Assembly: GCF_020745735.1 (NCBI RefSeq)
Contig: NC_083437.1
Location: 15,624,001 to 15,688,000, forward strand
Direction of reading: 5' to 3'
Length of the DNA stretch: 64,000 bases
Origin: Hemiscyllium ocellatum
Taxonomy: Eukaryota
The notes beneath the pieces are model-generated. The model worked only from the letters and a program-made list of their open reading frames with translations. It was not told the DNA's origin and ran no database searches. The stretch's first letter is position 1. Each line of letters opens with the position of its first letter. The position numbers were made by a program, and so were the translations under genes. Shown here piece by piece: positions 51,756 to 64,000 of this stretch.

Positions 51756-53799
51756 TGGTTAGAAAGTCCATCCAACACATTGAACATTTCACCCTTCATC
51801 ACCTATGCATTGTGACAGCGGTATGAACCAGTGATAAGATGCTCTGTAGCAATTCTTCCTTCCCCATCATCTTCCAAACTCAAAGCTGCTGCTATCTAGA
51901 AGGACAGGGGCAGGAGATATATTGGAACACCACTACCTGCAAGTTCTCTTTCAGGGCATATCAGGGAATATGTTGCTGTCCTTCCACTGCCACAGGGTTA
52001 AACTTCTTCTGTACAATCACATGCCCAATTACACCAGAAGGGCTGAGTGTTTCAAGATGGTGGCTCACCATCGCATGTTTACAGACAATGAAATATGACC
52101 TTGTCATCGAGACTCAAATCCAAAGAATGGATAGAAAAGGGATGAAATGTTGAGAGTGGACTTCTTCATGAGGTGGATAAGAAACTAGTTCTGAAAGGTA
52201 GAAGGAATAAGAACTTCAACTTCTTGTCTGCAAGCACTGGGTCTAGCAAAGGTATGTTTGGGGGATGGGCTGGGAGTAGTCAATGATATAGAAGAGAGGT
52301 CACACAGGGAAGGTTTGGCTCAGAGGGCAGAAGAAATATGCAGAAAAAATAATGTCATTTGAGATCAAGTTATTGATTCAAAAATGTTGGGTTTGGGCCT
52401 GAAGAGGTGGAGGCTGTTACAGCCAATCATCTCCTAAAATCAGCCATTAGGTCGCCAAACAGCAGGGACTACATTGGATTTGGAATCTCCTCATCTCCAT
52501 GGGAAAATACCTCCCTTCAGTCTCACCCAGCTTATAAGTAATTTATACTGATGAGAACTATATTATTTAGACATGAGTCCTCTGGTCAATGTAATGTTAT
52601 GATCAACGCTACACAAAGCAGCAGGAGAACTTCAATAACATCAGAGTGTTTTGAATATATCAGTTGCAATGAAACAACACTCATGCTCGTTTTAAACATT
52701 GCCTCTACTCTCATATTTTCCAAGTTATTTCATATTTACAGCATTGGCAATTTTACTTTTTTTGTTTTTTTATTCCCATTCTTTCGCCTTTTACATTATA
52801 TAAACTTTGTATTATGGCTAGTTTTGCAATAATGACTTTAGTATTTATTATAAATCAGTTTAACAAGCTGAGGTAATTCATTTTTAGCTGAATGATTCTT
52901 TACTTGCTTTTATCTCCTCTTCTCTCTCAGGTGCTGACTTATGCTGGGATACAGTTCAGCAAGCTTAGTGGGGCGATGACTTCAGGTAGTCACTGAACAG
53001 TGGTGGGGCTGTTCAAACATCATTGACTTCACTGCCAGCCTATCCCTGTCCTCATGACTGTATCTTCTAACAACTGTTGGATAGTCGTGAAAAGACAAAT
53101 ATTATAGCCATGTGAAAATACATTAGAAGAAATTACAGGAAAGACTAAAATAGATGGTGGGACAAATGGATGATTTTGTCAATTTAGGACAAAATACAAC
53201 AAAAGATGGTAGATGTGACACAGACATTGGAGAGATAGAGATGTGTAAAGATGAAGCATGTGTTCACTACATAAACATTCAAGCAAAATACTTATAAGAT
53301 GCTACATTCTATTCACTGTCCTGAATATCTCAAAACCCTGAGCACTAAGATCAGTAGAAGAAATTAGCAACATGTGAAAAGTGGAAAAAAGATGTATACT
53401 TAAAAATTCCATATGTAGACTGTAAAACAAATGAAGAAGGACTTGAAATGGTAAGACCAAAACAAACTCTAAAACGTGACATCCAGGAAAGAATACAACA
53501 GCATTGCAACCTTTGATTAGTGCTGAGAAGCTATAAAAATCCCTCCCACAAGGCAAAGTGGAGAGCTGCAATGTCAAGCTCATACACGTTGGTCAAAGGT
53601 CAAGCAGAGCACATCCAGCAAGCTATATCAGAAGATGACTAGCTGCAACAGCTCAAGAAATCCTCATCTGTGGACAAGTATCCAACATGTCCCCAAGACA
53701 TCATGTTCTTTTTGGTAGCTCAGAGACAACTTTGACTATCCAGGAATGTAGTCTTCGAAGGTAAACAAAATCATATTTCACCAAACTACACATCAAGAG

Positions 53800-55830
53800 A
53801 TGCCAGGCTGTATACAAATACAAATGGGCACAGGAAAACCGAGAGGCTGGTGCATGAATCTATTTATTGATCTGGTATAAGGACATTGATTAGCTAATAC
53901 AGACATGGGAAACCCAACAAATCCATCAACCTCAACTATTGAGAGAATCTTTCCTTCCACGCACAATTCCTTCTGAGCTATGATGTTTTCCATAACATAA
54001 GAACATAAGAAATAGGAGCAGGAGTAGGCCATCTGGCCCACTGAGCCTGCTCCACCATTCAGTACAATCATGACTGGTCTTTTTTGTGGACTCAAGCTCC
54101 ACTTACCTGCCTGCTCACCAGAACCCTTAATTCCTTTACTATTCAAAAAATTCCATCTATCTTTGTCTTAAAACATTCAACCAGATAGCCTCAACTGCTT
54201 CACTGGACAGGGAATTCCACAGATTCACAACCCTTTGAGTGAAGAAGTTTCCCCTCAATTCATTCTTAAATCTGCTCCTCCTTAGTTTCAGAATATGCCT
54301 CCTAGTTCTACTTTCATCTGCTAATGGAAACAACCTCCCTGCTTCAATTTTATCAATTCACTTCATAATTTCATATGTTTCCATAAGACTGCCCCCATTC
54401 TTCCAAATTCCAATGAGTATAGTCCACGTCTACCCATCTCTCATCCAACCCTGACAATTATGGAATCAACCTAGTGAAATTCCTCTACATTGCCAGTACA
54501 TACTTTCTCAAGCAAGGAGACCAAATTTGTAAACAGCACTCCAGGTGTGGCCTCACCAGTACCCTATGCTGCTGCAGCATAACCTCTATTTTTAAACTCC
54601 AACTGACTAGCAATGAAGGGCAATATTCTATTTGCCTTCTTAATTACTTGCTGCACCTGTAAACCAACTTTTTGTGATTCATGCACAAGGTCACCCAGGT
54701 CCCTCTGCACACCAGCATGCTGCAACTTTTCACCATTTAAATAATAGTCCATTTTGCTGTTATTCTTTTAAAAATGGATGACCTCATACTTAGCAAATTG
54801 TACTCCTTCTGACAGGTTTTTGCTCACTCATCCACTTTATCCCTCTGTAGACTTTCTGTGTCATCTGCACACTTTGCTCTACCACTCAGTTTAGTGTCAC
54901 CTTCAACATTTGATACAACACAATTGGTCCCAACTCTAAATCATCTATGTAAATTGTAAACAATTGCAGTCCCAACATTGATCCCTGAGGCACATGACTA
55001 GACACTGATCGCCAACCAGAAAATCACTCATTTATCCCCACTCTTTGTTCTCTGTTAGTTACCTTATCTTTTATCCATGCTAATACATTGCCCATAACAT
55101 TGTGCACCTTTATCTTAGGCAGCAGCCTTTCGTGCAGTGCCTTGTTGAATATCTTCTTGAAATCTAGATACACCACATCCACTGGTTCCCCATTGTCCAA
55201 CATGCTGGTCATGTCCTCAAAGAATTCCAGGAAATTAGTTAGACATAACCTGTCTCTCATGAACCCATGCTGTGTCTGCCTGATATTTGTCGGAACCTTT
55301 GCTATCTGTTTTTTATATTCTGATCTAGTTTACTGTCATAATCCATTTGACTTTTCTTTACAGTTTTCTTCGTGGCTTTGTGTTGACCTCTAAAAATTTC
55401 CCAATCCCCTAATTTCCCTCCAATCTTTGCCACTTTGTGTGCATTTGCTTTCAAAGACAAGATTACGTCTAATGTCTATTTCACAAAATTCCCTTCTGCA
55501 TTACAATGTGTAACTGTGGTTAACATATTGACCACCATGTTCAGTACATCTGGCATACCTCAACAAATTGTGTGTGCCAATGGTCTGCAGTATATTAATG
55601 CACCATTCTGAGACATGAGCAGGAAATGGGATATTCAACATGTTATCTCATCTACTCACTCCCCTCAGTTAAATCGTCTTGCAAAATGCAATGGCTGTAC
55701 TGTGATCACTAAGTGTAAAGCAACTGGACAAGGTTTTCAAATAATTATGTTAATTCTATATGCTACTTCTCTAAGCAATGGCTTACGATCACTAGCAACT
55801 CTCACAATTTGAAGGCAAACCCATGCAGTT
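53800..55830 (+). mobile_element. Highly decayed Gypsy integrase remnant split by a CR1
   Basis: QMGTGKTERLVHESIY* (zinc-finger region) near 53820, and MFSTSGIPQQIVCANG...WDIQHVISSTHSPQLN near 55540-55680. Confidence 0.6.
53992..55282 (-). mobile_element. CR1 LINE ORF2 3' fragment
   Basis: CLTNFLEFFED..VDVVYLDFKK, QRDLG, (cataagaa)n tail. Confidence 0.9.
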
Positions 55831-56613
55831 GTTCCTATCCATACCCTCTCCAAGCAATTGTAGAGTACAACACGTTGTTGGAAAGAAGAGAGAAAATAAT
55901 ACAAGAGCATGGTCAATGAGTATGCAAACAGGTGTACTAAACTGGAACAGGACATATGTATGAGTTCAACAATTTCATACAAACATGAATTCATGTAAAG
56001 AAACTAGTTGTGGTGCCCACTATCGGTTACATGGCATTGTAATGATCATTGTCAAGTCCTATGTAAAAAAAATGTCATATCCAAGTTGCGTATCGTAAAC
56101 CACTCACCACACAGGGTAATGGCTCTGATACTGACAATAAGCCTAATATGAGACAACAACGACACATCTACAATAAATGATACTCATTCATCCTTGATGA
56201 AATATTACTTTACCAGAATGAAGCTACACTGTCACGTCTTGATAACTATACAAAGATCTGGTTGTGTCGTATGCTCGTCAAGATATTATCTGAGTCTATA
56301 GGTATATCTTTTATCATCCTATTTTCTATATTCATGTTTATTGAATAACAGGCTCCCATTCTTTAAATGGAAAAGTGTGGGACTTTGCATTGTGGCATAG
56401 ATTTCAGATAAAACAGATCTGTACCTTTAAAACCCATACATGACATCGCGACCTGTGATGTTCCAGTACAAAGGTTACCTTCAATGACTCTCTCTGTATC
56501 ATGGAATGATTCAGCTTATGTGTGTGTAACATCAGTAAGCACAGAACCTAAAATATGGGTTGAAGTCTGATATTGTTGTAGTGGTTCTGTTCGCCGAGCT
56601 GGAAGTTTTTGTT

Positions 56614-56653
56614 GCAAACGTTTCGTCCCCTGGCTAGGAGACATCATCAGTGC
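56614..56653 (-). ncRNA. Minimal type I hammerhead ribozyme
   Basis: Mirror of 58088-58127. Confidence 0.78.
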
Positions 56654-58087
56654 TGTGGAGCCTCCTGCGAAGCGCTTCTTTGATGTTTCTTCCGGCATTT
56701 ATAGTGGTCTGTCCTTGCCGCTTCCGGGTGTCAGTTATATTGGGTCCAGGTCGATGTGTCTGTTGATGGAATTTGTGGATGAATGCCATGCCTCTAGGAA
56801 TTCCCTGGCTGTTCTCTGTCTGGCTTGCCCTATGATAGTAGTGTTTTCCCAGTCGAATTCATGTTACTTGTTGTCTGAGTGTGTGGCTACTAGGGATAGC
56901 TGGTCGTGTCGTTTCGTGGCTAGTTGGTGTTCATGTATGCGGATTGTTAGCTGTCTTCCTGTTTGTCCTATATAGTGTTTTGTGCAGTCCTTGCATGGTA
57001 TTTTATAAACTACATTAGTTTTGCTCATGTTTGGTATTGGCTCCTTTGTTCTAGTAAGTTGTTGTCTGAGCGTGGCTGTTGGTTTGTGTGCCGTTATGAG
57101 TCCTAGGGGTCGCAGTAGTCTGGTTGTCAGTTCTGAAACGCTCCTGATGTATGGTAGTGTGGCTAGTCCTTTTGGTTGTGGCATGTTCTCGTTCCGTGGT
57201 CTATCTCTTAGGCATCTGTTGATAAAGTTGCGCGGGTATCCGTTTTTGGCGAATACCTTGTATAGGTGTTCCTCTTCCTCTTTTTGCAGTTCTGGTGTAC
57301 TGCTGTGTATTGTAGCTCTTTTGAATAGTGTCCTGATGCAGCTTCGTTTGTGTGTGTTGGGTGGTTACTTTCATAGTTTAGGACTTGGTCTGTGTGTGTT
57401 GTTTTCCTGTGTACCCTTGTGGTGAATTCTCCATTCGGTGTTCTCTGTACTATCACGTCTAGGAATGGGAGTTGGCTATCCTTTTCTACTTCTCTCGTGA
57501 ATCGGATGTCACAGGCATCCAAAACGAGGACATGCCACAACCAAAAGGACTAGCCACACTACCATACATCAGGAGCGTTTCAGAACTGACAACCAGACTA
57601 CTGCGACCCCTAGGACTCATAACGGCACACAAACCAACAGCCACGCTCAGACAACAACTTACTAGAACAAAGGAGCCAATACCCAACATGAGCAAAACTA
57701 ATGTAGTTTATAAAATACCATGCAAGGACTGCACAAAACACTATATAGGACAAACAGGAAGACAGCTAACAATCCGCATACATGAACACCAACTAGCCAC
57801 GAAACGACACGACCAGCTATCCCTAGTAGCCACATACTCAGACAACAAGCAACATGAATTCGACTGGGAAAACACTACTAACATAGGGCAAGCCAGACAG
57901 AGAACAGCCAGGGAATTCCTAGAGGCATGGCATTCATCCACAAATTCCATCAACAGACACATCGACCTGGACCCAATATACCAATCACTACAGCGGACAG
58001 CTGAAACTGACACCCGGAAGCGGCAAGGACAGACCACTATAAATGCCGGAAGAAACATCAAAGAAGCGCTTCGCAGGAGGCTCCACA

Positions 58088-58127
58088 GCACTGATGATGT
58101 CTCCTAGCCAGGGGACGAAACGTTTGC
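58088..58127 (+). ncRNA. Minimal type I hammerhead ribozyme
   Basis: gca CUGAUGA u GUCUCC-uagcca-GGGGAC GAAA CG UU / ugc. Confidence 0.78.
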
Positions 58128-59034
58128 AACAAAAACTTCCAGCTCGGCGAACAGAACCACTACAACAAGCACCCGAGCTACAAATCTTCGCACAAACTTT
58201 GATCTGTGATATTGTAGCATTGCAAATATTTAGTGATGTAAATAAACTTGAAGATACCGGCAGTCTCCAGGTTGCAAAGGACTTCTGTTCTTGAATCTGC
58301 TCACATGTCAGTTTGTACACAAATCGGAAGGAGATAGTGAGGACTGCACATGCTGAAGACTCAGAGTCGATAAAGTGTGGTGCTGGATAAAGCACAGCAG
58401 GCCAGGCAGCATCTGAGGAGCAGGAGAGTTGACGTTATGGGCAGGACCTTCATCAAGACACAAGTCAGAACACAATGCAGGACAATAGAAAAAAGCTGTT
58501 TGTGAGTATGTGGAAACAGTTGTATATTGGATCTTTAAAATTAACATTAATACACCTCTATAAGGGATCATGTTTGGAAGTACAAGTGTTCATAATTCAG
58601 ATATTTGTAAAATGGGGGTAAAATGGTTTGTAAAAACCCTCTGTATCTGAATTGTCAACCACCCAGTTTCATGGTAATTATTGTACAGGTTAATGTGGTA
58701 AACCACAAAATGCACCCTGACTGAGTACAAACATGGGTAAACCACTCCCAATTTGCAATTTAAATCCAAATAGTAATACCTCATTTCAAAATGAATTTAT
58801 CTAACAAATCCATTGTATTAAAATATCAGTAAAATGATTTACCTTAAAAAACCAGCACATCCACATCAAGTACTTCTACATTTGTAATTATTCTATTTTT
58901 AGCTTGCAGTATTTTCTTGACTCAGTCCTGTACTGGTAATGTCTGAAATATTAAACAGGGATTTTTCTTTTAAGTTTGAGAGCAATTTGGCAGCTAATCG
59001 TAATGTAGCAATTAGGAGGCACCAATTAGGAAGC

Positions 59035-59580
59035 ACACACAATACAGGTCTATGCGGTGAATTTGCATTTGCAGATACACTGTACATTCTCTTTTGCTCA
59101 AAAAGCACACAGTCAATCAGTCAGTGTGACATTCTATAAATTCATACTTTGGAAATAAAACCAGTCTGACTCTAGGTTGGTATACAGACAGACTCGAACC
59201 TCACAGCTTTAATGCATTGTCTGAGCTGAGATGACATCCTTTTTTTATATACTGATAAAATCTTAAGTTATCTCGGCATTGTGACTTAAAAAAATTCTAG
59301 GATTTACATATTAATCAATCCCCATTCTAAGTAATTAATAACTTATCAGCCATCTAGGTTTGTCTAATACATTGTACCAGATGTATGACATTTTGATTTT
59401 TCACTTATAAATTCTGTGTCCTATGTATCCTGCCTCACTGAAGAAAGCTGTGTTCTATGTATCCCGCCCCTGCACTCTGAAAGCTTGTATTTTCAAACAA
59501 ACCTGTTGGACTATAAACTGGTGTCACGTCATCTTTAACTTTGTCCACCCCCCGTACAAAACCAGCACCTCCACATCATG
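59035..59580 (+). mobile_element. Penelope 3' region (family of 1790-3434)
   Basis: Colinear with 2940-3434. The hammerhead is disrupted by a local duplication (tgtgtYctatgtatccYgcc twice). Confidence 0.8.
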
Positions 59581-61204
59581 CAAGTAAACGGTCATGGTAA
59601 TAAAAATACAAAGTGCTGGAGAAACTCATCAGGTCTGGCAGCATCAGCAGAGAAAGAGAGAAACAGAGTTAATGTTTTGACAAATCGCAATCTTGGTGAT
59701 AGATGGTTATGGGTTTCAAAGCAGAACACAAGATCAAGCCCATTTAAGGTCAGTTTAGATCAACAATGAGGGGTTGACTGAGGACACAGTGAATCAAGGC
59801 ATAAAGTATGTGATGCATTGACTGAAAAATATTGTTTCATTTTTCTGGGTCATAAGCTAGGAGAAGTTCTTATTTAGTCAGGTGTTGATGCAGACAGCAT
59901 GCAGGTAATTGGAGACAGGTTAGAGGAGTGGTAAATCTGGGTATTATATTATGAAAGCTGATTCCATGCCTACAAATGTTGTTAAGGAGCAATGTGTAAC
60001 GAAGCAGGAGGAGGGAGCAAATGATAGGTCCTTAAGGAAACCCAGGAGATGAAAACAAAGGGACGCAAAGGAAAACTCGTACTGGAATCACACTGGCTGC
60101 CGTGAGACAGGTAGGAATTGAATTTCATGGAGACAGATAATAATGAAGTATGTTAGAGGAATAGGAAATGGTCAGCTGCTTTGAATAGTGTTGATGTGCC
60201 AGTGAGCATACAAAGAGATAATCCACCACAGAGACAAAGGAGGTTATTTATTATTTGGTTGTGAGCACGGAGAAAATCTAACTGAGGTAATTAGAAGAGG
60301 GAGCTGAGGTGTGTAGTGCTAAAGGATAGTAAAATGTTCCAGAACCTTAAAGAAGCAATAAGGATTTTTTAAAGTTGAAAATATTCACAATTGTGGTACT
60401 TAGCTTGAGTACGGAAGAACATCCCAGTTTGAACTTTTGGTCTGTGCTAAGCTCAGGAATTTCTCTGTCGAAGTGGCAGGTAAAGATGTCACAATAGTCT
60501 TCGAGAGGTGGTTTACAGAAGCATAAAGTCAGCCAGGATTCAGGGTAAGTTAGCTGAACTATTGTCCTGCAACTCTTGCTAGAAAACTTGAAGATGTTAT
60601 TGCATGGAGAAATATTTGACTAAAATTATTGACCTAGCGGTTGTTGCTGCCTTTCTCAGATGAGGACTAGGTTTTTAAACCGAATTGGAAATGTTTAATT
60701 GTGATCAAACCAACACGAGAATAATGTCATCAATTCACAGTTAAACGGTGTCTGGCACAATGAGGTTTGCAAATGGACTCGCACAAAAATGCAGCCACCA
60801 AGAAGTGGACTTTGAAATAAGAACCGAAAAACAGGTCAAGCAGCATTTGTGCTAAGAGAAACATTTCAGATCCTTGTCCTTTTGCCAGACTGTATTATGT
60901 TTCTGAAAAAGTGGACCTTTCTGTCTGAGTTTCACTTCTGAAAATTAAAACCCAAAACCCATAATTGTTCCAGTTCAGATTAACAGATGAGGTTGGGATA
61001 CTTGAGGATCAATGAATGGGTCACATCTAAGCAAAATCAATATAGAACAAGGCAGAGTTGGGTGACGGTAAAGAGGAAATAAATAACTGATTGGCCGTCT
61101 TGCATTGACTTATGAGATGTGGAAGCTGAGGCACTGCTATTGAGTTGACCTCATTCATGCCTTTTAGGGAAGGAAATCTTTTGTTTTTACATGATTCAGC
61201 CCAA

Positions 61205-62705
61205 AAAAGGTCAGCAAGGCAGTCTATATGTGGAACTGCAGGAGATGGGTGAGATACTAAACAAGTATTTTGCACCAATATTTACTGTGGAGGAGGCTAA
61301 GGAAGCTAGAAATGAATAGTGGGAAATAAGTAGTGATATCTTGAAAAGTGTCCATATTACAGAGGAGGAGGTGTTGAATGTCATAAAATGCATAAAGGTG
61401 GATAAATCCCCAGGACCTGATCAGGTGTATCTTAGAACTCCATGGGAAGCTAGGGAAGTGATTGCTGGGTCCCTTGCAGAGATATTTGTATCATCGATAG
61501 TCACAGGTGAGGTGCTCGAAGACTGGAGGTCAGCTAACGTGATGCAATTGTTTAAGAAAGGTGGTAGGAGAAGCCATGTAACTATAGATCGGTGAGCCTG
61601 ACATCAGTGGTGGGGAAGTTGTAGAGGGGAATTCAGAAATACAGGGTTTATATATATAGTTGGAAAGGCAAGGACTGAATAGGGATAGTCAACTTGGCTT
61701 TGAGTGTGGGAAATCATGTCTCACTAACTTGATTGAGTTTTTTGAAGAAGTAATGAAGGGGATTGATGAGGGCAGAGCAGTGGACATTGTTTATATGGAC
61801 TTCAGTAAGACCTTCAACAAGGTTCCACATGGGAGACCGGTTAGCAATGTTAGATCTCATGGAATCCAGAGGAAATTAGCCATTTGAATACAAAATTGTC
61901 TCAAAGGTAGGTGGTGGTAAAGGCTTGCTTTTTGGACTGGAGTCCTGTGACCAGTGGGTGTGCTGCAAGGATCAGTGCTGGGTCATTGTTATCAATGTTT
62001 TGGGTGTGAATATAAGTGGTTTGGTTACTAAGTTTGCTGATGACACCAAAATTGACAGTATAGTGGACAGCAAAAATGGTAATCTCAGAGTACCGATGGC
62101 ACCTTGATCAGACAGCCAAGGAGTGGCAGGTGGAATTTAGTTAAGATAAATGAGGTGCTGTATTTTGGTAAGGCAAATCACTTATAACTTAATGATAAGG
62201 TTCTGGGGAGTGTTGCCAACAAAGAGACCTTAGGGTGCAGATTCATAGTTCCTTGAAAGCAGAGTCGAAATTAGATAGCATAGTGAAGAAGGCATTCGGT
62301 ATGCTTGCCTCTATTGGTCAGTGCATTGAGTACAGGAGTTGGGAGATCATGTTGTGTCTGCACAAGACACTGATTAGGCCATTTTTGGAATACTGCATTC
62401 AATTCTGGTCTCCCTGCTATAGGAAAGATGTTATGAAACTTAAAAGAGTTCAGAAAAAATTTACAAGGATGTTGCTAGTGTTGGAGGGTTTGAACTATAG
62501 GCTGGGGCTATTTTCCCAGGAGCTTAGGCTGAGGGGTGACTTTATTTAAGTTTATAAAATCACAAGGAGCATGGGTAAGATGAATAGGAAGGGCTTTGAG
62601 GGATATAGGTCAAGTGCTGTCAAATGGGACTAGATTAATTTTGGATATCTGGTCAGTATGACGGGTTGGACAGAAAATCCGTTTTCATGCTGTACATCTT
62701 ATGAT
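61205..62705 (+). mobile_element. CR1 LINE ORF2 fragment
   Basis: DKSPGPD, SCLTNLIEFFE, YMDFSKTF, KFADDTK, LEYCIQFWSP. Confidence 0.92.
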
Positions 62706-63069
62706 TCAGTCCCAGGGGAAAAAATAATGGTCAGCTCTTAACTGCAGTCTGAACTGCAAATCGCAGTTGCTCCAACTTGCAGATCATACTAGTTGAAAGA
62801 GGCTAGCAGCCTCCTTTTTTAGGGCAATTCGTGCTGTCTTTACCAGTGATACTTACATCCAGAGAGTGAAGGCATATTAGTGGAGAGAGAGTTCCTCTTT
62901 GTTTTGCAGCAAGACCAGTTACTACCTTGTGCAGGTGTGGACTATGTTTGTGGTGATAGCTGCTTCACTTTCTCTAATAGAACCAAGGCCTGCTTGGTTG
63001 GTGGTGTTCAGTGGCTGTGACACTGCATCCCAACATGAGGCAACATCTTCAGGAGCGGATGGGGGCACC

Positions 63070-64000
63070 TTATCCACTCTTCTGATCCCTGATGAATTCT
63101 TCTGTTCCACCTTCCTGATCTCAGATGCAATTCCCTGATTCCTGAACCACTTCTCTGATTCCTAATGCAATCTTCTGGTCTATTCTCTTGACCCCTGATC
63201 CACTCTCCTGATCCCTGAAGCACTCCAGATCAATTCATCTGATCCTGGAGCCACTCCAGATCTATGACCCAATTCTGAGCTACTCTCCTGATCCCTGAAC
63301 CACTCACCTGATCCATTCCCGATCTATTCTCTTGATTCCTGATCCACTCTCCTGATCCCTGATCCATTATCTTGTTCCACTCCCTTGATCCCTGAGCCAC
63401 TCCTGACACACTCTCATGGTCCCTGAGCCACTTTCTTGATCTTTGAATCACTAATCTGATCCATTCTCCTGATCCCTGAGCCACTCCTGATCTATTCTCT
63501 TGATTCCTGATCCACTCTCCTGATCCACTCCCTTGATCCCTGAGCCACTCCTGATCCACACTCCTGATCCCTGATCCACTTTCCTGATCCCTGAGCCACT
63601 GCTGATCCACACTCCTGATCCCTGAGCCACTCCTGATGCCTGATCCACTCTTCTGATCCCTGATCCACTCTCCTGATCCCTGAGCCACTCCTGATTTACT
63701 CTCCTGATCCCTAAGCCACTCTCCTGATCCCTGATCCACTTTCCTGATTCCTGAACCACTCTCCTTCTCCATACCTGATCCCTGAGACTCTCCTGATCCC
63801 TAAGCCACTCCTGATCCACTCTCTTGATCCCTAAACCACTCCTGATCCACTCTCCTAATCCCTCAGCCACTCCTGATTTACTCTCCTGATCCCTAAGCTA
63901 CTCCTGATCCACTCTCCTAATCCCTCAGCCACTCCTGATCCAGTCTCCTGATCCCTCAGCCACTCCTGATCCACTCTCCTGATCCCTAAGCCACTCCTGA
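63070..64000. repeat. Tandem satellite/minisatellite, ~31-bp unit ctgatccactctcctgatccctgagccactc
   Basis: Repeats run to the window end. Built from CTGATCC/CTGAGCC heptamers. Confidence 0.93.

Larger units (their letters stand above)
56573..58200. mobile_element. Poseidon-type Penelope-like element with inverted arms
   Basis: The minus arm (56573-about 57510) has RT thumb LPFLDV and GIY-YIG NVVYKIPC..YIGQTGR. The plus arm (about 57520-58200) repeats the endonuclease and terminus. Confidence 0.92.

Noticed and set aside
63230-63870. 180-aa and 139-aa repetitive ORFs (QGSGEWIR)
   Set aside because: Products of the satellite, with no splice or homology support.

Overview
Vertebrate genomic DNA, very probably a shark (inferred from HE1/V-SINE-type SINEs, abundant CR1 LINEs and Penelope-derived repeats). 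It holds two convergent spliced genes. A C1orf50 (DUF2452) orthologue lies on + (5 coding exons, 1484-24217, about 204 aa). AP5B1 lies on - (coding exons 38143-37997 and 33264-30631, about 926 aa), with a CpG-rich promoter near 42.9 kb. The rest is mostly transposon debris: CR1 and other LINEs, SINEs, decayed Gypsy elements and a 31-bp satellite. Two systems stand out. (1) All three copies of one Gypsy LTR family are interrupted at the same ~15-bp TATA-region site (ATAAACAGGAGTRTC-like). One insert is a clear Tx1-clade LINE 3' end. One LTR carries serial inserts that regenerate the site three times and hold captured RNAs (pre-tRNA-Val, a SINE head). This suggests an LTR-promoter-targeting hyperparasitic retrotransposon. 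(2) Penelope-like elements of at least three families occur as inverted-arm insertions and tiny hairpins with 14-15 bp target duplications, and many carry minimal type I hammerhead ribozymes. Repeat boundaries are approximate (read by eye). Exon, TSD and ribozyme coordinates were counted directly.
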